From: Lingula anatina
Taxonomy: Eukaryota > Animalia > Brachiopoda
Length of the DNA: 64,000 nt
Assembly (NCBI GenBank): GCA_051362555.1
Contig: CM120643.1
Location: 27,594,848 to 27,658,847 of the forward strand
Reading direction: 5' to 3'
In this document: piece by piece, positions 38,493-51,300 of the stretch
Layout of the letters: every line of letters starts with the position of its first letter
Numbering within the stretch: the stretch's first letter is position 1
Notes under the pieces: generated by a model
The model's database searches: none
Told to the model about the DNA's origin: nothing
What the model saw: only the letters and a program-made list of their open reading frames with translations
Position numbers and translations under genes: made by a program

Positions 38493-40075
38493 CTTATATC
38501 TCCAAAACTGGCAGAGATAGGTCCATAGTTACTATTGAAGTTGAATAGGAAGTCATATACTGGCAATCTTACTGTGACCTTGAAATTGACCTTTGACCTA
38601 CTTTTCACCATGAACTGAACTTTGCAAATTTTGCTTCCCTTTTATCTCCAAAACTGGCAGAGATAGGTCCATAGTTACTATTGAAGTTGAATAGGAAGTC
38701 ATATACTGGCAATCTTACTGTGACCTTGAAATTGACCTTTGACCTACTTATCACCATGAACTGAACTTTGCAAATTTTGCTTCCCTTTTATCTCCAAAAC
38801 TGGCAGAGATAGGTCCATAGTTACTATTGAACTTGAATAGGAAGTCATATACTGGCAATTTTACTGTGACCTTGAAATTGACCTTTGACCTACTTTTCAC
38901 CTTGAACTGAACTTTGCAAAATTTGCTTCCCTTTTATCTCCAAAACTGGCAGAGATAGGTCCATAGTTACTATTGAACTTGCATAGGAAGTCATATACTG
39001 GCAATTTTACTGTGACCTTGAAATTGACCTTTGACCTTCTTTTCACCATGAACTGAACTTTGCAAATTTTGCTTCCCTTTTATCTCCAAAACTGGCAGAG
39101 ATAGGTCCATAGTTACTATTGAAGTTGAATAGGAAGTCATATACTGGCAATCTAAATGTGACCTTGAAATTGACCTTTGACCTACTTTTCACCATGAACT
39201 GAACTTTGCAAATTTTGCTTCCCTTTTATCTCCAAAACTGGCAGAGATAGGTCCATAGTTACTATTGAAGTTGAATAGGAAGTCATATACTGGCAATCTT
39301 ACTGTGACCTTGAAATTGACCTTTGACCTACTTATCACCATGAACTGAACTTTGCAAATTTTGCTTCCCTTTTATCTCCAAAACTGGCAGAGATAGGTCC
39401 ATAGTTACTATTGAACTTGAATAGGAAGTCATATACTGGCAATTTTACTGTGACCTAGAAATTGACCTTTGACCTACTTTTCACCTTGAACTGAACTTTG
39501 CAAAATTTGCTTCCCTTTTATCTCCAAAACTGGCAGAGATAGGTCCATAGTTACTATTGAACTTGCATAGGAAGTCATATACTGGCAATTTTACTGTGTC
39601 CTTGAAATTGACCTTTGACCTTCTTTTCACCATGAACTGAACTTTGCAAATTTTGCTTCCCTTTTATCTCCAAAACTGGCAGAGATAGGTCCATAGTTAC
39701 TATTGAAGTTGAATAGGAAGTCATATACTGGCAATCTAAATGTGACCTTGAAATTGACCTTTGACCTACTTTTCACCATGAACTGAACTTTGCAAATTTT
39801 GCTTCCCTTTTATCTCCAAAACTGGCAGAGATAGGTCCATAGTTACTATTGAAGTTGAATAGGAAGTCATATACTGGCAATCTTACTGTGACCTTGAAAT
39901 TGACCTTTGACCTACTTTTCACCATGAACTGAACTTTGCAAATTTTGCTTCCCTTTTATCTCCAAAACTGGCAGAGATAGGTCCATAGTTACTATTGAAG
40001 TTGGATAGGAAGTCATATACTGGCAATTTACTGTGACCTTGAAATTGACCTTTGACCTACCTTACAATGAACTTA
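38493..40075. repeat. 146-bp satellite array, ~10.7 copies
   Basis: TCCAAAACTGGCAGAGATAGGTCC starts at 38501, 38647, 38793, 38939, 39085, 39231, 39377, 39523, 39669, 39815, 39961. Confidence 0.97.
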
Positions 40076-40595
40076 ACTTTGATTGCACCATTTTTAGTTA
40101 TATATATTTTTTGCATATTTTGAAAATTCTTGTTGATTGCATTTTTACAGCTTGTCAAGCACAAGACTGGTGGCTGCACCCCTTATTTTGTGTATGTGGG
40201 GGTCTATACGAATGCGCTTGCTCCAGCTGGTGGTACAATATTCGGAGGCGGTATCGCCTCTCTGATCCTCTAGTTTTCTTAGCTGCCGAATTTTAATTTT
40301 ATTTGTAATAAAAAAATCGAAATTAATTTGGATGTACTCAGTATGTCTAATTGATTGAAAAAACTTAGCTTTAAAGCTCAGTCAGTGTTTATTTTACTCA
40401 AGGTGAAGACTGTAAATGCAAATAATGCTAATAAATATCATGACAAACACTAGGAATCAGAAGGTAAAGTGAGTATTAATTAGCTTTCTGTCAGAGATGC
40501 TATTATAAACGGGATATATAGTCGGAAAGTACAACGCGCTTTTGTTTATAAGCTTTACTGGTAGATAGGGGCCTATTACTTACAATAATATTGAT

Positions 40596-40600
<5 letters not shown>

Positions 40601-40679
<79 letters not shown>
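40601..40679. repeat. Compound (TC)n(AC)n microsatellite
   Basis: Directly visible. Confidence 0.95.
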
Positions 40680-40681
<2 letters not shown>

Positions 40682-41364
40682 ATATATCCCAGTACTGAGA
40701 TCAAAAATCCTAGTTAATGTTAGTATGGAATATATATGAAAGGAAATAAGCGAAACACCTTTGAATTTTATCCATACCATGACAGGAAAGGAATTCATTT
40801 CATAATGCTTTCGTTTGGCACTTCTTCACAGAAAAATACACAACAATTACACAGCAACAAAATGGTAATATGTTTCTACAGTGTTTTGTACGAAAGCTTT
40901 GTCCATGGGGAGTATTAAAATAAAAAAGAGATGATCCAAAACATTGATATTTCACTGCTCCTAAATAATCCTAGGTTCCCCATTGCTTAAACGTTAAAGA
41001 TAAAAGATGAAAATGATTAGATTATAAAATAATCAACTAGTAAGTAAATATAAATGGATGTAATTAATATATATATCTAAATCTAAAGTGCCAAGATAAA
41101 GTTGTTTCCGCCATTGAAATAACACTTTTGCTATCGCTCGAACGGAAGTACTTTTTGAGTCTTGTAACAGCTACACGTAGTCTGAATAAACTGGTATCAT
41201 GAATTAGAAAAAAGAAAAATAGCAATCACGGAAAATTTTTTTCACTGTCAAAACATTGCGGATTCAAGATTATTTACATCATCATCTCTCACATAACAGT
41301 CTAAAAGTTGTATCAGTTGAATTCGTGCGTGCGCGTCCTATCAATCAGTGCATCCTTTTCAAGC

Positions 41365-42582
41365 TCAATTAAAGTCCTTGGGCCTTATCATCATTTTCGT
41401 GGCCTTCAACGAGTACTTATACCCCGTAAACGTCTCCCAGTTGATTCCTTTCCCAGCGTCATCGTGTGTTCCCGGTGAAGGTCGGTACCATCCGTTAAGG
41501 TTGGCAGTCAGACAGCCGCTGCCCGTGGGGTACCACCAGCCGCCCCCGTAGTATAAATTACACGGAAACAGCGCCGCCGGGTAGGACAGATCTGTGTTTG
41601 TGAACGGAGCGTAGTTGTGAGTGCTTAAGGAATCGTCTGAAATATAATAGATCAAACATGAACACAGGACAAGCTGTGAATATTTCATACAAGGCTTGGG
41701 TACTGGCAAGGAAATTATGTGCCCAAGTAAAAACTTGGTAGGTCTAACTTTTCTTCTACATGTGAACTATACAATCTGCACCCGTAGAACGACATGCTGT
41801 CCCGTTAAACCGCCTATACCCAGCCTTACCTACTGGCGTTTAAGTACCTACTGTCCTATTATAGTAGCTGTACACGAACCTACAGCCCCGTACGTTATAC
41901 CAGCTGTACCAGTACCTAGAGCCCCGTTATACCAGCTGTTTCCTACCTACTGTACCGTTATACCGGCTGTACCAGTACCTACTGCCCCGTTATACCAGCT
42001 GTACACGTACCTACTGCAACGTTACATACCAGCTGTACCAGTACCTACTGTCCCATTACCAGCTGTAACACACCTACTGTCCCGTTACTCCAGCTGAACC
42101 CGAATGTATACTACTTCTGCAAACGGTACCCACACCTCCTGTCTCATTTTATGAAATGTAAACGTACCTACTGTCCTGTTATGCCAGATGCACCATTACC
42201 TACTGTCCCGTTATACCAGCTGTACCGGTACATATACTGTCCTTTTATACCAACCGTACCAGTACCTGCTTTCCTGATATACCAGCTGTACCAGTACCTA
42301 CTGTTCTGTTATACCAGCTGTACCAGTACCTACACAATTTCTACAAATTCTTCCCGTACCTACTGTCCTATTATATGAAATGTATACCCATACCTGCAGT
42401 CCCGTTACTGTAGAGACCAAGGGTCAAGTTGTACCAGTTGCTCTGGTCATCCACTTTGAAGAAGTCATAAAGCGCCCAGCCCACAGACCCGTTAAAACAC
42501 TCCATGTGGATATACAGCTCCTGGTCGGCTTGGTTCGTCAGGCGGTGGAGGTTGTTGTTGCCTGTGGATGATATAATGTAAC

Positions 42583-42637
<55 letters not shown>

Positions 42638-43718
42638 GAAGAAGAAAAAAGGGAACAGACATTAATCTAAATTACTGAGGTACTAGCAATCATAAAATGA
42701 ATAAGGAACTCCCTTTCTTTTATTTGTTATATAGTTGAAAAGATGGCTGTAGGGAAGATTGTAAATGAGTCACATATTTGACACTCACCCAGCCAAAACT
42801 CTGTATTTAAATCACCAAATCCATTTCTATAATCATCAATGGTGGTGTTGAAGTGAACGCTTCCGTCGTAACGGCGTTGAAAGACCTGGAAAAAAGCCGT
42901 TATATTTTATTATTATGCACATCTGATATATAGAGAGTTGTAAACAGACAGCCGAGTAAACTTTACATATCGTTTTCTTGGTCGGGCACTAAATTCTGCC
43001 CTTCACAATTTGATTTTCTAAATTTAATAAAACCCGATATTGTTGGAAAATGAGGATTAAATATTGATACAAAACAATCAATAATAGGCCTAGCCTATAT
43101 TTTTTCCTCGGCGGTGGGGGGGGGGGGGGGCAGATCTAAGGTCAAAGGCTTTTTTTATATGTAATTTCTAGATAAAGTTTCAAGTTGAGTGTGGGGAGGG
43201 GGCGCTGGTGGAAGTTAGGGGAATACACACCGTCCATCCACCCCCGGCTGTGGTCATATCACATACAACTTGAACTGATGAACCGCCATCTATCGGACTA
43301 ATGGTATATATTCCATCTGTCGTCTGCCCATTTAGGTAAAGCTCTGCGCAGTCTTTTCCTGAAACTGAATAAGAAAGATGATTTTATGATGTTGACTTTT
43401 TCATCACAGTTTTTCATCAGCGTCCAAAACTACCATTTTTAAAAAGCCGTTTGATTTATGTATTGTTAGTCATCTGTTTTTCCTAATTACAAAGAAAAAT
43501 GATCTGTTTCCGCTCCAAGTGCGTTTTTTGCCTCACACATTGTTGTACATTGTACGCTGTTCATATATAAAGCTGATGAATCAATAGTAAGCGATTCTAT
43601 TACAATCGTATAGCAATTAATAAAGCAAAATCCAGAAAGATGATGAAATTAGGCCTATATGTACATTGCTTCTTATTCCAATATAATATATTAAAAAGAA
43701 CGGTAAAAAAGTCATTTT

Positions 43719-43766
<48 letters not shown>

Positions 43767-43997
43767 AGAGAGAGAGAGAGACAGAGAGACAGAGAGAGCT
43801 CACCTTCATCACAAGCATCACCGGTCCACCCCGGACTACAGGAGCAGCTGAACCCCCTGTTACACCCCGTGGAGGAACAGAACCCATTGTTCAGACACGG
43901 ACTGGAGGTACAGGGATCCAGCGGGTACGGGATCTTTAATATAGACGTGAAATAAATATATAAATACAAGTATACACAGTATACAAGTATACGTGAA

Positions 43998-44088
<91 letters not shown>

Positions 44089-47000
44089 CGGTATATAGTA
44101 TTAATAACAGGAAAAACGTGTAGAAATAAAGCTGTGTTTTGACTTTTCTTGTGATTATATTCTCTTGCAGTTGTTTTTTTTTCCTTCATTCAATCATCCA
44201 TTATTTCGTTCGTTTATATATTATTTAGTTATGCTTTATCCAAGGTTTGATTTAGGCGTATCTATTGCTATATCCTATCTAATCAAGATTCAGATTTCTT
44301 TATAGTTAATTAAGGGGACATTCCGCCTGAAACCCAGACAGGGTGAGCTTAAAGTTTGTTTTTGTCCTTTAGGGTACTTCGTTAGAACCGTTTTTATACA
44401 CACGCCACATGGACTGTTAACCAAGAAATGTCACTGCAAAAAATGAAAGCAGCTGCAATATTTATCTAGTATAATACGCTCTCTGGGATCCACTTACTGC
44501 GGTTTAACTCATCATTCAACCGTATTACACTGCTTGACACGTTCATATGTTCATCAAAGAGAGACAAAGGAACGCACGGCTGACTTCATTAAACTCGCGC
44601 TCGCCAAACACAATGCTAATCGTCTGGTAGAGTTTTTATCCGAGTTTCCAGACGACACTTTTCACGGTGCGCGTTTCCTTCCTTAAATAGATAGCCAAAA
44701 CAAACACTTGATCATTTTTCCGGCAAATGACATTTTCAAAATGTTTATGGTCAAAGCCCTTTGAGTGATGATGAAAATTATTCTTTTAATTGAGTAGAAG
44801 AACCAAATGTAATTCCATCGAACCTCAATATGTCTTTATTGTCTAATTCAGTCCTCACGTGAGACTCTTTTTATATTTTATAAAACAAAAGCTGTATATT
44901 CACCACCCTGGTTGTTTACTCAACCCGTCTTTCATCAGTTATAGCAAACAACAGGCCGCAAAGCCAAGTTTTTTTTTCAGTGAGCAGTTCAATCGGAAAA
45001 TTGCTCTCACTGACCAGTATTTGCACATAAACTTATATCTTGAAGCAATCACCAGAGACCATGCTCTTCATTCTGAGACAAAGCCATTAATTTCCTAATC
45101 GTTGGTCACACGCACACGTTTTCACATTAACACCATGGGAATAACCTTGAAACCATGTTAAACCAGATTCCCTTTGATACTGCGATGAACGTCAGACTCA
45201 CTGAAACGTGGAGTTTTTTTTTTCTTTTTCTTTCTTTCTTTTTTTATTTTTTATTATTTTTATTTATATTTTTTTTTGAAGAATGCGTTTCACATGGAGG
45301 TTAAAGCATTGTCTTTTAAAGAATTTTTTATTCGAATTCATATAAATCTTTTCATAAAAAAGAAAGAAAGGCACAAAGGAAGGATGGAAGGAAGAAGGAA
45401 AAAAATCAAATTAGTAAAATGGGTGAGTTATTTTTTTACGATGGAATCAAAGGAAGGAGTGAGGAAAAAAACGAAATATCAATAATAAAAACATAATGAT
45501 TATTATATTATAAAGAAACTCAAATACGTGCCTCGCCTCATTGATCTGCTCATTACCTAGAAATGCATGGAGAAGAGAGTAAGTCTTTCTGCGCATGTCC
45601 AAACCAGATCATAGTACCAGTGTGAGACCCGTTATGCGCTGTCAGCAGAGACTGGGCGTGTAGATCAAACCTGGTAAATTGATTATGGAATGCGACATTC
45701 GTATACATGTGTACAGTCACTGATTTCAACAATTGCTAATCTATATGTGTATATATATATATTTATTTATCTATTTATTTGTCTGTTCTATGTTCTAGCC
45801 ACTAGTATCGTATTGTAATTGATTGTACCTTTATGTGAAGGTGTTTGTCAATAAAGAATCTGAATCTGAATCTGAATCCTATCACCTCAGCGGGCGGATT
45901 AGTTTGGAGGCTGCAGTCGTTCAGCAGAGCAAAATAACAAAAGATGCGGATATTTGTGAATGTTTCGGACAACAGAGGATGTTTGTTATTGTATTAAGTT
46001 TCGCGGCTGAACGCTGGAAGCCTAGCTTTTAATTTGAGCCAATGCACTATGCACTATTTTTATCATTTTGTACAGTAAATTAGAAATAAGGGTGAATATA
46101 TCGATTCTAAAAAGTATTCCGAGACAATTAATAGGTCATCACTAAATAAAGGAACCTAAATTGAAATCTTCAAACTGACCCTAAGTATCGCTTACTTTCG
46201 ATGAAAATATAACAGAGTTGAAATATAGAGTGCATAAAAAGGAATAAATAACGTAATATGAAAAAAATGCAGAAGAAAAGATCGACGTAAAATGTCAGAA
46301 TATATGTGTTTTGGAGGACCTGGGCATCGATCCCAGTACCTCTCGCATGCTAAGCGAGCGCTCTACCATTTGAGCTAGACCCCCGACGGGTCCATGTGGA
46401 GGTTTAATGAATTCTCTGTTCATAACATCAATTTTAATGTCAAACTCTCTATAAACCAGTAAGAAAAACCTAATGAGGTACATTTCTTTGCCTCTTTCAA
46501 GTGAACGAATTCGAGTTGTTATTTCAGAATTCCTTCACCCCAGAGAAAGAACCTGTTTCATTGGACCGATCACACGCACACAAGTCATGTGACCTTGATG
46601 CCCGCGCTCCCGCGCTTTTCTGAATTTCTTTGATCTACGATTTCCCCAAAAATTCATTGACCCCTTTTATTTTACTATCAAATACGTGTCAAAATCATTG
46701 TGATCTCGTCTCTTCTTCGACTTTAATTATGTGGGATAGATAGAAATCTCATTTAGGTCCCCTAATGCCAGCTAGTGGCAGACCATCTCAGGTAAACTGA
46801 CCCTACCTGTACCCTGAAGCGGAAACTTTAGGCAGTTTAAGTTAGGTATGGTATATTTTTCTACTAGTGGGTACCCGTGCCCTTATCTTTCTGAAATACT
46901 CTATACCGCAGTGTGATATAGACGCATCATAAAATGGTTATTTAGAATGCTGTCAACACTTACGTAATTAAAGCGCAGACCAGTGCATAATTATTCACGC

Positions 47001-48420
47001 AAGGTAACAAGAAGGGGGTCTAGCTCAAATGGTAGAGCGCTCGCTTAGCATGCGAGAGGTACTGGGATCGATGCCCAGGTCCTCCACATTCTCTTTTTCT
47101 TCGGCTACAAATTCTTTTCGTCAGTTGTTACGATTATAACAAATATTGCCAAATATGTTGACGTGTCCGAGCTATGGCTTTTGCAAAACTATCTATAACT
47201 ATAAATTCTAACATTTAAGAAGGTGAATAAATATTTTAACTTGCCGTACTTGAAAAATTGTGATGTACAAACAGAATGTTAATAGCCTACTGTGCTTCCA
47301 GCAATTTCTTGCATTTCACGAGTAGGCATTATTAGACCTTCATCCTTCAAAGATCTACAAAGATGCTAAACAGAATTCGCATAGCAACTACATGTAGGCC
47401 TACACGCAGAGATAAACTTAGGCCTATGTATATATACATAGACATGTGCTCTTTCCTGTTTACATTGTCTATACAGGGTAGACCTATATAATTCTTACAG
47501 CAATTTGAGCAATACTCAAGGTCTTTGTGCCAATGCGGTATAGTAGGCCTAACTAGGAAATTGATAAATTGGAAGGGCCTATTTAGTGAAGTCAGGTAGC
47601 CTACATGTAATGATGTGTGTCTTGTGGTTTTGTGAAAAATGTCCCACCGAAACTGAGGAAAAAGACATCAAGTTTTTGAAATAGTCTCTCATTTTTTCTA
47701 ATAACTTTTCTCAAATGAATGATGTCGAACAGGTTTTTCAAATTTACATTTCCTTCGTCATTTAATTAAGAAACATTTTTTTTGTAAGGGACCACCTTTT
47801 AGATTTTCTAGAGGAATTGTATATTTTATTACCCTTCAGTTATAAATTTTCAACCCACTTACTCGTCCCTTTCCATCGTCAAAGAGGGCATCCCAAGACG
47901 AAAAATGTTTTAGGGCGTTTTCGTTTTGTGAGTAGTTGTGAGTGTTGATCTTTCCTTGAAATAATCAATTTTTTTGCACTCTAAATCTGCTTTTGACTCT
48001 TTGGGAAAAAAAACTTCAATAAATCCAATAATATGGGCCTATCAATCAAGAAACAAGATATTTTACACAGATTTTTTTTACCTTTTTGGTGCAGTCCTTC
48101 ACAGCACCGGCTTTCCATACAGCGTCAGCAGGATATGCAGCGATATTTTCAAAGTCCACCATCTTCGAGCTCAGCTCACAAACGCCGCTGTCCATGTTAA
48201 AATTATACGACGAGCACTCTGCCATGTTCACACATTTTGAGGCGCAGACGATAAAACTCGGGGCCGTCGTCGCCGAAATGACGCTGTCGGTTACTCTCAC
48301 CGCTGTCTTGATGCGAAACAGTCCCGATCTGACTTCCGAAGATTCTCCCCGAGACAACAATATGATGAAGAAAGGAGCTAGGAACTGTATGTAAAACTTT
48401 CCTTTTGTCTCACGGACCAT
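41365..48420 (-). CDS. Secreted PAN/Apple-EGF-fibrinogen C-terminal domain (FReD) protein, ~377 aa
   Basis: Exons (minus): 48420-48082, 43933-43804, 43358-43231, 42885-42789, 42561-42394, 41636-41365. Total 1134 nt, phases consistent. Signal-like [19 protein letters not shown]; PAN CASKC..CSSYNF....CELS; [32 protein letters not shown]; FRe[81 protein letters not shown]. Joining the PAN exon to the EGF exon is inferred from phase only. Confidence 0.88.
41790..42410 (-). repeat. ~32-bp degenerate minisatellite derived from the FReD exon 5 donor
   Basis: Unit GTACCTACTGTCCCGTTATACCAGCTGTACCA resembles the true junction ATACCTGCAGTCCCGTTAC (minus: AACGGGACTGCAG|GTAT). Fills most of the intron. 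Confidence 0.8.
42588..42636. repeat. (GA)n microsatellite
   Basis: Directly visible. Confidence 0.95.
43722..43798. repeat. (GT)n(GA)n microsatellite beside the EGF exon donor
   Basis: Directly visible. Confidence 0.95.
44002..44086. repeat. (AT)n microsatellite
   Basis: Directly visible. Confidence 0.95.
46312..46384 (-). tRNA. tRNA-Ala (anticodon AGC)
   Basis: 73 nt GGGGGTCTAGCTCAAATGGTAGAGCGCTCGCTTAGCATGCGAGAGGTACTGGGATCGATGCCCAGGTCCTCCA folds as a cloverleaf with G3:U70 and A73; T-run downstream on the minus strand. Confidence 0.95.
47014..47086 (+). tRNA. tRNA-Ala (anticodon AGC)
   Basis: Identical 73-nt sequence. TTTTT Pol III terminator at 47094-47098. Confidence 0.96.
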
Positions 48421-49910
48421 TTTAAAGCGCTAATCTTCTCGTTATTATATTATTGTAGAAGAAATTCTATTTTGGTATTCAACGACAAATTCTGCTCGTA
48501 GAATCAATTCTTGCGCGTGTATGTTTCATATCACTGAAACATTTTTCATCGTAAATGAAAAAAATGCATTGGTTGCTAATGACTCTATAGAGGTTTTCAA
48601 CACCTTCTTCCAGTATACCACGTCCTCCAGGCTCTGGCGAAGACTTGAAACCAACGACGATTTCCCTTTCACAGATAATTTCCTATCGTCTCCGCTTGTA
48701 ATATGGCGCAATAAAGAACGCATCACCTGGGATCGCTCTCTTTCCTCGGAAACGTAGATTTAAGGTGTGTATTAAATCGATCATTATTTTATCTCGGCTC
48801 AAAGGACGGTCTATAGGCAGTATGACGTCGGGGACAGGTTTCCGATCATTGTATGTTTTTCGGTCTCGCGTGGATTACTTTGAAAAGATGATACATTAGC
48901 GAAAGTGTGTGCTAACATTACCGTGTTTGGACTGCGATGTCAGTCTTCATTTTTCAGGGCGTCAGTGAGTAAAATATCTGTTTCTTTGATATTTGTACTT
49001 TTCTATTACGGAAATCTTAGATGCCATGATAAACGGCTTAAATATGAAATGACATATCTGTTAAAGTAAGCACTTTCCATTTTTTCAATGAAAAATAATA
49101 TCATCACAAACTTTTAACGAATAATACCAACAACCTTTATTGAGTAAATCTCTCTGAAGAAAAATATAAATGAAGACCAAATACATGGACGTATAATTAA
49201 AGATTGCCATAATACAAAGCAAACAAATAATATTCAAATACTCTTTAATATTATCTTAAATACATAGAATATACAAGTTTGAAAATTCCATAGTGATTGG
49301 CAATTAAGGGTACCCTAATATTCACTGATACTTTAAAAAGCTTGGTGAATAAATCATATTTGTCCAGGCATACGGTGAAGATAGGGCGTTCATCACCAAT
49401 AAGTACAACTGTAGGTGTATATTTATAAGTGTAAACCAATGGCAAGCAATAGAATGGCACGCTTGCAATATTGAGAGGACGCTATCTCAGCCATAAACAC
49501 ACACACACACACGCACACAGCCAGGGCCACTTCAGTAAGAACACGGCACTAAAACATGTATAAAATCATCTGTAATATTTATCCATTCACCAGGTCTAAA
49601 CATTGCATAGGGGAATTAAATATATATATATATAATCTGGCTTTCAAATATTGACATTGTTAAATGAGAAAAATGACTTTTTTTTAGCTTGTTTACTTTA
49701 CTACGCCTATGCCATGATGTCTATAAGAAGATATGACTTCTGACAGGAAACAATTCAGAAATCAACACCTCTGAAATCAAAATAAGTGAAGGAACAAATA
49801 TAGCCTCTGGCGAATACAGACGGAGAATTCAGTATTATATTCCTTTGAGAGAACCCCGGAGAATTCAACTTCACACATTGTATGGATTTTAACGACCATT
49901 AATAGGCCAT

Positions 49911-50090
49911 AGGCCGCATTAAGAACAATGGTCTAACTAGTCCGAGGATCAAATATGGCCGACCCAATTAAATAATTTATCCCCACGGGAAATCTATTCA
50001 GTGTCTATTAGCGGATTAGACGGCAAGCTTTTTAGTGGGTCTCCATATTTGACCCGCGGACTAGTTAGTCCCCTGTTCTGAATGCGGCCT
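49911..50090. mobile_element. Short palindromic MITE
   Basis: AGGCCGCATTAAGAACA..CTAACTAGTCCG..TCAAATATGG mirrored by CCATATTTGA..CGGACTAGTTAG..TGTTCTGAATGCGGCCT. Confidence 0.75.
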
Positions 50091-50344
50091 ATAGACTCTT
50101 GATAGAATTAGGAGAAAATCCTTGTTCTTGAATGATGTGAATAACATTAATTTAAGTCTGAAATTAAGTAGCAGTATGAACCAACACAGTCAACAGCATT
50201 AGCAACATTATTAACAAGTAGGCCTACAGTACCGTCAACAATGCTGTCGTTGTGCAACAATCTCGAGCTGTATTTTACGTCACACAGCATTGTTATACCA
50301 CGTAGTATCATAGAATTCTCTACTTCTATGGTAGTATCTAGTGC

Positions 50345-51300
50345 CCAGCAAACACATAACGTTATAACGTTACCATAACGTTAATTTTACCAAAAAACGA
50401 TATGGCCTTGGAATGGTAATAGGTGAGCGGCAGAAGGCCAAAATTTTCAGATTTAGTGTCCCCTTTATACACAGACCTGAATTATATATCATTTGAAAGC
50501 TCAGAGTCTGCTGGTCAAAGTTAGCCATGATGTGGAAATGGCAATTGCCTGCGTAACCATGGAAACGGACAATTTCCAAGATGGCCGCCTGTTTTTTTTG
50601 CATTTTTTCTAAAAATACAAATCATTGATAAACATACCTTAAACATTGTCTATCATCTAACCTTTACATGTTTTGTGATGAGGGAGATTATGGGCTAAAA
50701 AAACACCATACCAGAATTTCAAGATGGCCGCCGTTTTCAAGATGGCCGCCATTGTTTGTGAAATATTGGTCAAATTTTCTCATTTTATTCCAAAACTTTA
50801 CATATAAAATCAAAACCACAATGTTCATATAACCTTTATTGCCTGGATTACATAAAGTAGTTATTATTACATTACATTGTGGCATTTGGTTTAATTTGGG
50901 AGAGGTTTAAGCAGTCAATTTTCAAATATTCAAAATGGCTGCCATGAAATGCAAATTTCCATGATGTGGACTTTAGTTCAGCTAAATCATCACAAAATAT
51001 CTTTAAATGCCAAACTCACATACATATTAGTGCTAGATGCTTGATGCTACATGATGCTTCATACAACCTTTTCAAAATGGCCACCATTTTCAAGATGGCG
51101 TCCATTTTCCTGTTAAAATTCACTAAAATAGCATTTTCTAAAGGCAAAATTTATACAATAAAAAAAATCATATACAATATAAAAACAAAAAACCTCCAAA
51201 ATTTAAAATAAGTTTTTGGCTTTGAATTGATGTTGTTTTATAAGATTTTAATTGTTTTTTTAATATGATAAATGCAAATTTAAATGTCATTTAAACGAAA
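50345..51300. mobile_element. Probable DNA-transposon fragment(s) rich in (C)AAGATGGCCGCC motifs
   Basis: CCCAGCAAACAC..AACGTT start and about six CAA(G/A)ATGGC motifs. Ends not resolved. Confidence 0.4.

Larger units (their letters stand above)
36373..40274 (+). mobile_element. Helentron/HINE-like element carrying a satellite array, with duplicated 5' head
   Basis: 5' TTGTACCACCAGC + palindrome GTACCACCAGCGTTAGCGCTGGCGGTAC, (GGCTCCGCC)n microsatellite, head repeated at 37223 (~0.82-0.84 kb duplication), 3' inverted GCTGGTGGTACAA + hairpin GAGGCGGTATCGCCTC + CTAGT end. Confidence 0.8.

Noticed and set aside
38493-40075. CRISPR array
   Set aside because: Contiguous 146-bp units with no unique spacers, no cas genes, eukaryotic context. 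The same applies to the 76-bp and 42-bp arrays.
41696-42378. Pro-rich repetitive ORFs (PAVPVP...)
   Set aside because: Translation of the 32-bp intronic minisatellite on the strand opposite the FReD gene.
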